Source: Holophagales bacterium (GTDB taxonomy: Bacteria > Acidobacteriota > Thermoanaerobaculia > UBA5066). From it: a stretch of DNA of 64,000 nucleotides. Positions 1 through 8,506 of this stretch are shown one piece after another. Position 1 is the stretch's first letter, and each line of letters opens with the position of its first letter. The stretch is from assembly GCA_016719485.1 (NCBI GenBank), contig JADJZB010000002.1:262346-326345 (forward strand). Reading direction: 5' to 3'. Below the pieces are notes generated by a model. That model saw only the letters and a list, made by a program, of their open reading frames with translations. It ran no database searches and was not told the DNA's origin. A program made the translations under genes and the position numbers.

Positions 1-80
1 CCGTCGTCGCCGCGACGCTCGCCGCCGACACCTTCGCCGCGCTCGCCGATCCGCGGATCGCCGAAGGTGAGGAGTCGTGA
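1..80 (+). CDS. C-terminal fragment of an ABC transporter permease (DppB/OppB-like). The gene begins before the window.
   Basis: Frame 3 reads ...VVAATLAADTFAALADPRIAEGEES* with no in-frame stop, ending at TGA 78-80. That TGA overlaps the GTG start of the downstream DppC-like permease (GTGA), the typical dppB-dppC arrangement. Confidence 0.35.
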   Translation, partial: VVAATLAADTFAALADPRIAEGEES

Positions 81-919
81 GCCTCACCCGCTCCGCGAGG
101 CGGAGGCTCCTCGTCCTGGCCCTCTTCCCGCTCGTGGCGCTCATGGCGCCGCTCCTCGCCCGGGAGAGGCCGAAGGACGCGACGGCGCTCGAGAGGCTCG
201 CGACACTCGTCCCGTTCGATCCCGACGCCACCGACCTCGACGCGCGCCTGCAGCCGCCGGGCGCCGACCACTACCTCGGGACCGACGACCTCGGCCGGGA
301 CGTCCTCGCGAGGCTTCTCCACGGAGCCCGCGTCTCCGTGCCGGTCGGCTTCGCGGCGGCCGCCCTCGCTCTCGCGGTCGGGACCCTCCTGGGCGGCGCA
401 GCCGGGGCTCTCGGCGCGGGCACCGACCGGCCCGTCCTCTTCGTCACGGGGGTGGTCCAGGCCTTTCCGGCCCTCGTGCTCGTCGCGGCCGGCGCGGCCC
501 TCGCTCCGCCCTCGGCGTGGACGGCCGCGCTTCTCATCGCCCTCACCGGGTGGCCCGAGGTGGCCCGCCTCGTCCGCGCCGAGGCGCTGCGCCTCTCGCG
601 GTCGCCGCACGTCGAGGCGGCGCGTGCGGCGGGCGCTTCCCGCGCGAGGGTCGTCTTCGTCCACGTCCTTCCGGGGGCCGTCGCTCCCGCCCTCGCAATC
701 GTTCCCTACGCCCTCGGCGGGGCCGTCCTCCTCGAGGCTTCGCTTTCGTTTCTCGGGCTCGGGGCGCCCCCGCCGGCGGCCTCCTGGGGACGGGCCCTCG
801 CCGATGCCCGCGAGAGCCTGACGAGCGCCTGGTGGTGCGTGGTGCCGCCCGCCCTCGCGCTCTTCCTCCTCGTCCTCTCGGCGCGCAAGCTCGGCGAGGC
901 GCTTTCCGAAAGCCGCTAG
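77..919 (+). CDS. Oligopeptide/dipeptide ABC transporter permease (DppC/OppC family).
   Basis: 280-aa ORF. Hydrophobic TM segments and the binding-protein-dependent transport signature region (EAARAAGASRARVVFVHVLP...LSFLGLG). GTG start. Confidence 0.8.
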   Translation: MSLTRSARRRLLVLALFPLVALMAPLLARERPKDATALERLATLVPFDPDATDLDARLQPPGADHYLGTDDLGRDVLARLLHGARVSVPVGFAAAALALAVGTLLGGAAGALGAGTDRPVLFVTGVVQAFPALVLVAAGAALAPPSAWTAALLIALTGWPEVARLVRAEALRLSRSPHVEAARAAGASRARVVFVHVLPGAVAPALAIVPYALGGAVLLEASLSFLGLGAPPPAASWGRALADARESLTSAWWCVVPPALALFLLVLSARKLGEALSESR

Positions 920-932
920 AATCGCCCACTCA

Positions 933-1427
933 ATGCGAATCGCCGTCTACCCGGGCTCGTTCGACCCGATGACGAACGGGCACGTCGACCTCGTCCGTCG
1001 CGGGTGCCACATCTTCGACCGCGTCCTGGTGGCCGTCCTGTGCAACACCGAGAAGTCGCCGCTCTTCACCGTCGAGGAGCGGGTGGGAATGGTGCGGGAC
1101 GTTTTCCGTCGCGAGCCGCGCGTGAAGGTGAAGGCGTTCTCCGGCCTGCTCATCAACTTCCTGAAGACCGAGAAGACGAACACCGTCCTGCGCGGCCTTC
1201 GCGTCGTCTCCGACTTCGAGTACGAGTTCCAGATGGCGCTCATGAACCGTCGCCTCGACCCCGACGTGGAGACGGTCTTCCTGACCCCGAAGGAAGAGCT
1301 CTCGTACCTCTCGAGCCGGCTCGTCAAGGAGGTCCACCGGCTCGGCGGGGACGTCTCCGGGCTCGTTCCCCCGCTCGTTTACAAGGCTCTGAGAAAGAAG
1401 CTGCCGAACGGCGCCCCGGGCGCCTGA
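933..1427 (+). CDS. coaD: Phosphopantetheine adenylyltransferase.
   Basis: MRIAVYPGSFDPMTNGHVDLVRRG... is the canonical CoaD N-terminus with the (T/H)xGH nucleotidyltransferase motif. 164 aa. Confidence 0.9.
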   Translation: MRIAVYPGSFDPMTNGHVDLVRRGCHIFDRVLVAVLCNTEKSPLFTVEERVGMVRDVFRREPRVKVKAFSGLLINFLKTEKTNTVLRGLRVVSDFEYEFQMALMNRRLDPDVETVFLTPKEELSYLSSRLVKEVHRLGGDVSGLVPPLVYKALRKKLPNGAPGA

Positions 1428-1430
1428 GGG

Positions 1431-1865
1431 TCAGCCCCCGGCGAATCCCGTCATGGCAGCGCGGATCGGTTCCGGCACGGCCGTCGGCTTCCCGGATGCC
1501 CGGTCGACGAAAAGGTGCACGGTCTGCCCCTCCACCGCAACCACGCCATCCGGCAGGGCGACGCGATATTCGAACGTGCACCCGCGGCTGCGGATCGCCG
1601 CGAGGCGCGTCGCCACCCGGACGGTGTCGCCATAGCGGGCCGGACGGCGGTACCGGGCCTCGAGGTCGCTCACGACGATGTTCACGCCCTCGGCTTCCAT
1701 CCGGGCGTAGGGGTACCCGGCGGCGTCGCAGTACTCCGTCCGCCCCACCTCGAACCAGACGACGTAGGAGCCGTGGTAGACGACTCCCTGCGCGTCGGTC
1801 TCGGCGTAGCGGACCTTCACCTCGGTTTCGACCCAGCGTCCGTCTCTCCACGCTCCGTAGACTAC
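1431..1865 (-). CDS. Acyl-CoA thioesterase, YbgC/4HBT hot-dog family. The start codon is uncertain.
   Basis: Minus-strand ORF encodes ...VRYAETDAQGVVYHGSYVVWFEVGRTEYCDAAGYPYARMEAEGVNIVVSDLEARYRRPARYGDTV..., the typical 4HBT thioesterase core. No canonical ATG/GTG sits exactly at the domain start, so the 5' end is approximate. Confidence 0.65.
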   Translation of the reverse strand, partial: VVYGAWRDGRWVETEVKVRYAETDAQGVVYHGSYVVWFEVGRTEYCDAAGYPYARMEAEGVNIVVSDLEARYRRPARYGDTVRVATRLAAIRSRGCTFEYRVALPDGVVAVEGQTVHLFVDRASGKPTAVPEPIRAAMTGFAGG

Positions 1866-1871
1866 CCGAGC

Positions 1872-3074
1872 GTGGCCTCTCCCTTCGTTCTTCTGCGCGG
1901 CCCCGGGTGGCGGCTCCCGGCGCCGCTCGACCTGGGCTCCCCGCTCGAGGTCCGAGCCGTCGCGGCGGATCGGCCCGGCGACCTGCCCGACCTTCTCGCC
2001 TGGCTCGACGCCGTGGCCGGCTCGGGCCGGCCGGAGAGGATCGCGGCGGGCTTCCTGACGTACGAGGCCGGGGTGACGATCGAAGGGTCGAGGGAGCTGT
2101 TCCGGCCGCCCGCGACGCCTCTCGCCTGGTTCGGGCTCTTCGACACCGCACGACGAAGGGGTCCGGACACGGCGGCGGGACGGCGCGCGGGGGACGACCG
2201 CGTCGACGAACGCAGCCGTGGACCCGGAGTGGAGCCGCCGGCCGACATGCACCTTCCGGAGTGGACGGCGGCCGTCGAAGCCATCCGGGAGGGGATCGCC
2301 CGCGGCGACGTCTACCAGGCGAACCTGACGCGGCGGACGTCCCGGGCGCTGCCGGTCTCACCTCGCCGGCTCGCCGACCTGCTCTGGGCCGACAACCCCG
2401 TCCCGTGGGCGATCTGCATCGACACTGGTACCGAGGCCGTCGTGTCGAACTCGCCGGAGCTCTTCCTGGACGCCGACCTCGCGTCCCGGCGCGTGGCCTC
2501 GGCCCCGATCAAGGGAACCGTGCCCCGCTTCCTCGGCGGAAGCGAGGAGGCCGCACGCTCGGCCCTGCTGGCATCGGAGAAGGATGCCGCGGAGCACCTG
2601 ATGATCGTCGACCTGATCCGCAACGACCTCGGGCGAGTCTGCGAAGCGGGAAGCGTTCACGTTCCCGCCTTCCGGACGGTGAGGAGCTTCCGGCACCTCC
2701 ACCACCTCGAGTCGACCGTGGCCGGGACCCTCCGCGCCGGGACCCGGCTCTCGGACCTCCTCGTCGCGACGCTGCCGGGAGGGTCGATCACCGGCGCCCC
2801 GAAGCGCGCGGCGCTCGGGTTCATCCAAAGGCTCGAGCCGGTGGCCCGTGGACCGTACACGGGTGCCGCGGGCTTCGTTCGCGGAGACGGGACCGCCGTG
2901 TTCAACGTGGCCATCCGGACGGCCATCCTCCGGGGAGAGACGGTCTCCTACCACGCGGGCGGCGGTATCGTCTGGGACTCGGACCCCCTGCTCGAGTGGG
3001 CGGAGACCGAAACGAAATCCCGCGAGTTCTTCCGGGCGCTCGCCTCCGCGGCGAGAGAGAGCGAGGTCCCGTGA
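1872..3074 (+). CDS. pabB: Aminodeoxychorismate synthase component I (chorismate-binding enzyme, PabB/TrpE family).
   Basis: The C-terminal region carries the conserved chorismate-binding motifs (KGTVPR..., MIVDLIRNDLGRV, LPGGSITGAPKRAA, PYTGAAGF, GGGIVWDSDP). It overlaps the downstream class-IV aminotransferase by GTGA. The start is set at the first in-frame GTG after the divergent thioesterase. Confidence 0.7.
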   Translation: MASPFVLLRGPGWRLPAPLDLGSPLEVRAVAADRPGDLPDLLAWLDAVAGSGRPERIAAGFLTYEAGVTIEGSRELFRPPATPLAWFGLFDTARRRGPDTAAGRRAGDDRVDERSRGPGVEPPADMHLPEWTAAVEAIREGIARGDVYQANLTRRTSRALPVSPRRLADLLWADNPVPWAICIDTGTEAVVSNSPELFLDADLASRRVASAPIKGTVPRFLGGSEEAARSALLASEKDAAEHLMIVDLIRNDLGRVCEAGSVHVPAFRTVRSFRHLHHLESTVAGTLRAGTRLSDLLVATLPGGSITGAPKRAALGFIQRLEPVARGPYTGAAGFVRGDGTAVFNVAIRTAILRGETVSYHAGGGIVWDSDPLLEWAETETKSREFFRALASAARESEVP

Positions 3075-3850
3075 GCCCCGACCCCGTCCCCTTCGATGCC
3101 CCGGCCGTCGAGCGCGGCTTCGGCTTCTTCGAGACGCTCCTTCTCATCGGGCGCCGGGCCATCCTCTGGGAGCCCCACGCCCGTCGCCTCCTGACGGCCC
3201 TCGAAGCGCTCGACCTCCCGGCACCGTCCCTCGAGGCCCTGGAATCGTCCTCCGGCGCCGCCCTCCAGGGGATCGGGGACGACGACGGAGAGAGGGCACT
3301 GCGCCTCTCCTGGATCGCCGTCGGACCCGACGTGGACGCCCCGGCTTCGTGGAGGCTCGACGCGTCGGTCCGGCCGATCCCTGGGAACACCCTGGCCCGC
3401 AGGGCCGGCTCGCGGGCCGTGACGGTGCCGGGACGATTCCGACGCGATTCCCCCGGATTCAAGTCGACGAGCTACTTCGGGGCCGTGGCGGCGCTCCGGC
3501 ACGCCCGCCGTTCGGGCGGGGACGAGGGGCTGTTCACGGATGGGGACCTCTACCTCGAAGGAGCTTCGACCGGACTCGTGGCGTGGAACGGCGGGCGGTT
3601 CGCGGGGCTCGCCCCGGGGGCGCTCCCGTCCGTCACGGCCGAGGCATTCCTCGATGGGGCGGGGGAGAGACGAGGCCTGGACCGCGAGGAGCTCCTCGCC
3701 GGCGCGATCCTTCTCGGGTCCCTGACGACGGCCGTTCCGCTCCTCGCACTCGACGGCGTCGAGTGCGGCCTCCCGCCGGCGATGCTGCGGGCCTGCGAGG
3801 CGTTCCGGCAGCGGCTCCGGACGGACGCCGCAATGCAGAAAACGCTCTAG
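3071..3850 (+). CDS. pabC: Aminodeoxychorismate lyase / class IV aminotransferase.
   Basis: Fold-type IV PLP-enzyme features (FGFFETLL, EAFLDGAGE... class-IV region). GTG start overlaps the pabB stop. Only the C-terminal part of the long 1004..3850 ORF is protein-like. Confidence 0.7.
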   Translation: MSPDPVPFDAPAVERGFGFFETLLLIGRRAILWEPHARRLLTALEALDLPAPSLEALESSSGAALQGIGDDDGERALRLSWIAVGPDVDAPASWRLDASVRPIPGNTLARRAGSRAVTVPGRFRRDSPGFKSTSYFGAVAALRHARRSGGDEGLFTDGDLYLEGASTGLVAWNGGRFAGLAPGALPSVTAEAFLDGAGERRGLDREELLAGAILLGSLTTAVPLLALDGVECGLPPAMLRACEAFRQRLRTDAAMQKTL

Positions 3851-3873
3851 ACTGTTCCGAAGAGAGGCACGGT

Positions 3874-4992
3874 ATGGCCACGAAGAAAGCGCGCCCGACT
3901 CCCGCCGCGTCCCACGTCGTTCTCTTCACGGGCTTCCCGGGCTTCATCGGCGCCCGTCTCATCCCGAGGCTCCTGGAGCTGAAGCCCGACACCGTCTTCC
4001 ACTGCCTCGTGCAGGAGAAGTTCCTCGACCTGGCGCGGAGCTCGGTGGAGCAGCTCGCCGCGACGCATCCCAGGACGAAGGGGCGCATCGAGCTCGTGAT
4101 GGGAGACATCACCGCTCCGGGACTCGGGATCGGCGAGACCGAGGCCCGCCTCCTGCACCGGAAGCTGACCGGCTGCTACCACCTCGCGGCGGTGTACGAC
4201 CTCGCCGTGGCCCGGGACGTGGCGATGAGGATCAACGTCGAGGGAACGCGGAACGTCCTCGGCTTCCTGGAGGAGTGCCCGCACCTGCGGCGGTTCGACT
4301 ACGTGTCGACGGCGTACGTGTCGGGAACCGCGGTCGGCACGTACCGCGAGACCGATCTCGACGTCGGGCAGTCGTTCAAGAACTACTACGAGGAGACGAA
4401 GTTCCTCGCGGAGGAGGCGGTCAAGGGGAGCGCCCTGCCGACGACGACCTACCGGCCGGCCATCGTCGTGGGCGACTCCCGGACGGGCGAGACGGCGAAA
4501 TTCGACGGTCCCTACTTCGCGCTGAACGCGATGCGGCAGCTCCCGTCGCCCGGCGTCTTCGTGAAGGTCGGCCGGGGAACGGCCCCCGTGAATCTCGTCC
4601 CGGTCGACTACGTTCTCGAGGCGATGGCGCGCCTCTCGAGCTGGGAGGGCGCGATCGGGAAGACGTACCACCTGACGGACCCGAACCCTCTCTCCGCCTA
4701 CGAGATCGAAGAGCTCTTCGCGAAGGCCATCGGCAAGCACTTCCTCTTCGTCCCGGTTCCGACGGTCCTCGCGAAGCTCCTCTTCTCGCCGAAGCCGATC
4801 CAGGACTACTTCGGCATGCCCGCCGCGACGGTCGAGTACTTCGACCACCCGGTCCGGTACGACAACGCCCAGGCGGCCGCGGACCTCGCGGCGTTCGGCG
4901 TGTCCTGCCCGCCTTTTGCCGACTACGTCCAGAACCTCGTCGCCTTCTACCGCAAGCACGTCGAGAAGATCACCCGCGGGGCGATGATTTGA
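3874..4992 (+). CDS. NAD(P)-dependent SDR family oxidoreductase (epimerase/dehydratase fold, resembling a thioester/acyl reductase domain).
   Basis: ATG start. N-terminal Rossmann GxxGxxG (LFTGFPGFIGARL) and the catalytic Y-x3-K (YEETKFLAEE). 372 aa. Confidence 0.7.
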   Translation: MATKKARPTPAASHVVLFTGFPGFIGARLIPRLLELKPDTVFHCLVQEKFLDLARSSVEQLAATHPRTKGRIELVMGDITAPGLGIGETEARLLHRKLTGCYHLAAVYDLAVARDVAMRINVEGTRNVLGFLEECPHLRRFDYVSTAYVSGTAVGTYRETDLDVGQSFKNYYEETKFLAEEAVKGSALPTTTYRPAIVVGDSRTGETAKFDGPYFALNAMRQLPSPGVFVKVGRGTAPVNLVPVDYVLEAMARLSSWEGAIGKTYHLTDPNPLSAYEIEELFAKAIGKHFLFVPVPTVLAKLLFSPKPIQDYFGMPAATVEYFDHPVRYDNAQAAADLAAFGVSCPPFADYVQNLVAFYRKHVEKITRGAMI

Positions 4993-6638
4993 AGGGAGCC
5001 CTCTCCCTCCCGACCGGGCCGATCATCGACGGCCAGGACGTCGCGACGGGGACGACGTTCTTCACCCGGAACCCGGCGACGGGGGAGAAGCTCGCCGAGA
5101 TCCACCGTGCGGGGCCCGCCGAGATCGACGCCGCTGTCGCGGCCGCCCGGAAGGCGTACCTCCACTGGGGCGCCCGGACCCCGAAGGAGCGGCAGAAGCA
5201 CCTCGCGAGCCTCCTCGAGGTCGTCCGCAGGTCCCACGACGGCCTGTCGCGGCTCATTGCCCTCGAACAGGGAAAGCCGGTCGCCGAGGCGCGAGCCCTC
5301 GATCTCGTACCGGCCGCGGACGCCCTCCGGTACCTCTCGAGGTTCACGGAGGAGCTGCTCGCTCCGAAGTCGGTCGACTACCAGCAGATCCTCTTCGCGC
5401 ACAAGGCGGCCTCGTTTCGCTACGAGCCGCTCGGCGTCGTCGCGGTCATCACCCCCTGGAACTTCCCGTTCGCGATTCCCATGGTCGAGCTGGCCGCGTG
5501 CCTTGCGGCAGGGAATACCGTCGTCCTGAAACCCGCCTCCGCGACGGCGCAGACGGGCCTCGCGATCGGCGAGCTCTGCAGGCGGGCAGGCCTTCCGCCC
5601 GGTGTCGTCAACGTCGTGACGGCGACGGGCTCCGACGTCGACCGTCTCCTCGAGCACCCGGGAGTCGCGAAGATCCTCTTCACGGGCTCCGTCGAAACCG
5701 GATGCCACGTGATGCGGAAAGCGTCGAAAAACGTCACGCCGTTCGTTCTCGAGCTGGGCGGCAAGGACGCGGCGGTGGTCGCGGCGGACGCGGATCTCGA
5801 TCGAACGGCGAGCGGCCTCGTCTGGGGCGCTTTCGCGAACGCGGGGCAGGCGTGCGGGTCGATCGAGCGCGTCTACGTGGTGAGGAGCGTCGCCGACGAG
5901 CTCGTCGCGAAGATCGTCGAGCGGACGAGACGGCTGCGCCAGGGAGACCCGCTCGCCGAGGCGACGGACCTCGGACCGATGACGACCGCCGAGCAGAGGG
6001 ACTTCGTCGACGCCCAGGTGCGCGAGGCCGTCGCGCAGGGCGCGCGGGCGCTGACCGGTGGCGAGAAGCCCGTCGCGAAGGGGTACTGGTTCCCGCCCAC
6101 CGTCCTCGTCGACGTGCACCACGGGATGCGCGTGATGACGGAAGAGACGTTCGGGCCGGTCCTCCCGATCGTCGTCGTCGACGACCTCGACGAGGCGATC
6201 GCGCTCGCGAACGACTCGGAGTTCGGCCTCACCGCCTCCGGGTGGACCCGCTCGACGAAGACGGCCCAGAAGCTCGTCGAGGAGCTCCGGACGGGGACCG
6301 TCACGATCAACGATCACCTCTACTCCTTCGGCGAGCCGACGGCGACCTGGGGCGGGCTCGGCAAGTCCGGGATCGGCCGGAGCCACGGCGTCCACGGACT
6401 GATGGAGCTCGTGAACGTCAAGCACGTCGGCGTCGACCTCCAGGACTCGCCCGCGGCCCCCTGGTGGTACCCGTACGACGGCGCCTTCCAGGAGTTCATG
6501 AAGAAGGCCTTCGGACTCCTCTACGCCCGAGACGCCCGGACGAAGATGACCGACGGCCTGGGTCTCCTCTCGAGCGGCCGGTTCTTCGGCTACGTGAAGG
6601 TGTCGAAGATCGCCGCGAAGCTCGGAAAGGTGTTCTGA
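4989..6638 (+). CDS. NAD(P)+ aldehyde dehydrogenase with a C-terminal extension of about 70 aa.
   Basis: ALDH motifs: ITPWNFPF, VLKPASAT, ELGGKDA, FANAGQACGSIERV, EETFGPV. Putative TTG start overlaps the stop of the preceding SDR gene; alternative downstream starts are possible. Confidence 0.8.
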   Translation: MKGALSLPTGPIIDGQDVATGTTFFTRNPATGEKLAEIHRAGPAEIDAAVAAARKAYLHWGARTPKERQKHLASLLEVVRRSHDGLSRLIALEQGKPVAEARALDLVPAADALRYLSRFTEELLAPKSVDYQQILFAHKAASFRYEPLGVVAVITPWNFPFAIPMVELAACLAAGNTVVLKPASATAQTGLAIGELCRRAGLPPGVVNVVTATGSDVDRLLEHPGVAKILFTGSVETGCHVMRKASKNVTPFVLELGGKDAAVVAADADLDRTASGLVWGAFANAGQACGSIERVYVVRSVADELVAKIVERTRRLRQGDPLAEATDLGPMTTAEQRDFVDAQVREAVAQGARALTGGEKPVAKGYWFPPTVLVDVHHGMRVMTEETFGPVLPIVVVDDLDEAIALANDSEFGLTASGWTRSTKTAQKLVEELRTGTVTINDHLYSFGEPTATWGGLGKSGIGRSHGVHGLMELVNVKHVGVDLQDSPAAPWWYPYDGAFQEFMKKAFGLLYARDARTKMTDGLGLLSSGRFFGYVKVSKIAAKLGKVF

Positions 6639-6685
6639 GGCCGGGGCGACGGGCGCGCCGCCGGGCTCTCTCTAGAATCCCCTCC

Positions 6686-8494
6686 GTGGGGGCCCCTCCC
6701 GACCTCTCCTCGTACCCCGACCAGCCGGGGATCTACCTTTACCGCGACGCGAAAGGGAAGATCCTCTACGTCGGGAAGGCGCGCTCGATCCGCAAGCGCC
6801 TGGCCTCGTACTTCGTCGCAGGACCGAAGCACCCGAAGACGGAGGCGCTCCTCGCCGAGTTCGAGACGATCGACACCGTCGTCGCGAACACCGAGAGCGA
6901 GGCGCTCGCCCTCGAGAACGCGTTCATCAAGAAGCACAAGCCCCGGTACAACATCCTGCTGCGGGACGACAAGACCTACCCGTACATCAAGGTGACGACG
7001 GGGGAGGAGTGGCCCCGGGCGCACGTGACGCGGCGGGTCCTCAGGGACGGGCACAGCTACTTCGGACCGTTCCTCCCGGCACGAACGTGCCGCGGCGCGA
7101 TGAAGATGGTGCAGCGGATGTTCCAGGTCCGTACGTGCCGGATCGAGATCGACGGGAACCTGCCCCGCCCGTGTCTCTACTTCGACATGCACGCGTGCCT
7201 CGGACCGTGCGTGGCGTCGCTGACGACGAAGGCGGCGTACGACGAGGCCGTCCGTGACGTGCTCCTCTTCCTGTCCGGCCGAAACGACGAGCTGGCCCTG
7301 CGCCTCCGGTCGAAGATGGAGACCGCCGCAGAGGCCGAGGGCTACGAGATGGCAGCGGCGTACAGGGACTGCCTGAGAACCGTCGAGGAGCTCGCTCAGA
7401 AGCAGCGGGTGCAGTCGCTCGCGGGGGAGGACGTCGACGTCTTCGGCGACTTCAGCGACGGCGGCAACCTCGCCGTCGCGGTGCTCCACGTGCGCGGCGG
7501 GACCGTTCTGGACACGCGCGAGCTCTTCTGGGAGGGAATCGGCGACGTCGACCCGGAGGAGTTCTGGGTCGCGTTGCTGTCGCAGTACTACGACGCGACG
7601 ACCTTCCTTCCCAAAGAGGTCCACCTGCCCTCGGAGGTACCGGAGGAGGCGCTCGCTCCGGTCGAGACGTGGCTCTCGGAACGGCGCGGCGCCAGGGTCG
7701 AGATCCGGACGCCGAAGCGGGGCGCCGCGTTCGAACGGGTGAGGATCGCCCGGGACAACGCCCGGACGAGCCACGTCCGGCGCTTCCGGATCGTCCGCGA
7801 GGCGGGGGAGAAGGCGACGCTGGCGCTCGCGAAGGCGCTCGACCTCGACCACCGCCCCGCCCGGATCGAGTGCTTCGACATCTCCCACCTTCAGGGGAGC
7901 GACACCTACGCCTCCTGCGTCGTCTTCATCGACGGCAAGCCTCAGAAGGACGAATACCGGGCGTTCCGGATCGACCGCCCCGTGCCGGACGACTTCGCCT
8001 CGATCGCCGAGGCCGTCACGCGGCGCTACGAACGGCGGAGAGAGGAGGGCGAGCCCTTTCCCGATCTCCTCGTCATCGACGGGGGAAAAGGGCAGCTCTC
8101 GGCAGCCCTCGCGGCTCTGGACCGGATCGGGATCGAGATGCCGGCGATCGGCCTCGCAAAACGGGAGGAAGAGGTCTTCGTCCCGGGACGCTCCCTGCCC
8201 CTGGTTCTCCCGCGCCGGCACGCCGGGCTGAAGCTGCTCCAGCGCGCCCGCGACGAGGCGCACCGCTTCGGCCTCAGGCACCACCGCCGGGCGAGGACCC
8301 GCCGGACGCTCGCGAGCCCGCTCCTCGAGGTCCCGGGTCTCGGGCCGGCTTCCGTCCGGCGTCTCCTGGCCGTCTTCGGGAACGCGGAGGCCGTCCTCGC
8401 TGCGACGGCACAGGCCCTGGCTGCAGCCGGAGGAAAGGCCTCTGCCTCGCGAATAGAGAGATGGAGGGCGTCCCGGGAGGACAAGGGCCGGTAG
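6686..8494 (+). CDS. uvrC: Excinuclease ABC subunit C.
   Basis: GIY-YIG N-terminus (PGIYLYRDAKGKILYVGKARSIRKRLASY...ENAFIKKHKPRYNILLRDDK), a UvrBC-interaction region, and a C-terminal RNase H-like/HhH region. GTG start. Confidence 0.9.
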   Translation: MGAPPDLSSYPDQPGIYLYRDAKGKILYVGKARSIRKRLASYFVAGPKHPKTEALLAEFETIDTVVANTESEALALENAFIKKHKPRYNILLRDDKTYPYIKVTTGEEWPRAHVTRRVLRDGHSYFGPFLPARTCRGAMKMVQRMFQVRTCRIEIDGNLPRPCLYFDMHACLGPCVASLTTKAAYDEAVRDVLLFLSGRNDELALRLRSKMETAAEAEGYEMAAAYRDCLRTVEELAQKQRVQSLAGEDVDVFGDFSDGGNLAVAVLHVRGGTVLDTRELFWEGIGDVDPEEFWVALLSQYYDATTFLPKEVHLPSEVPEEALAPVETWLSERRGARVEIRTPKRGAAFERVRIARDNARTSHVRRFRIVREAGEKATLALAKALDLDHRPARIECFDISHLQGSDTYASCVVFIDGKPQKDEYRAFRIDRPVPDDFASIAEAVTRRYERRREEGEPFPDLLVIDGGKGQLSAALAALDRIGIEMPAIGLAKREEEVFVPGRSLPLVLPRRHAGLKLLQRARDEAHRFGLRHHRRARTRRTLASPLLEVPGLGPASVRRLLAVFGNAEAVLAATAQALAAAGGKASASRIERWRASREDKGR

Positions 8495-8506
8495 AATCCA
8501 CGGTCT

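Noticed and set aside
1004-3070. The N-terminal 690 codons of the 948-aa + strand ORF 1004..3850.
   Set aside because: Only the last part of the ORF (3071-3850, PabC-like) is protein-like. The upstream portion is an alternative frame of coaD, the thioesterase and pabB, and is RP-rich.
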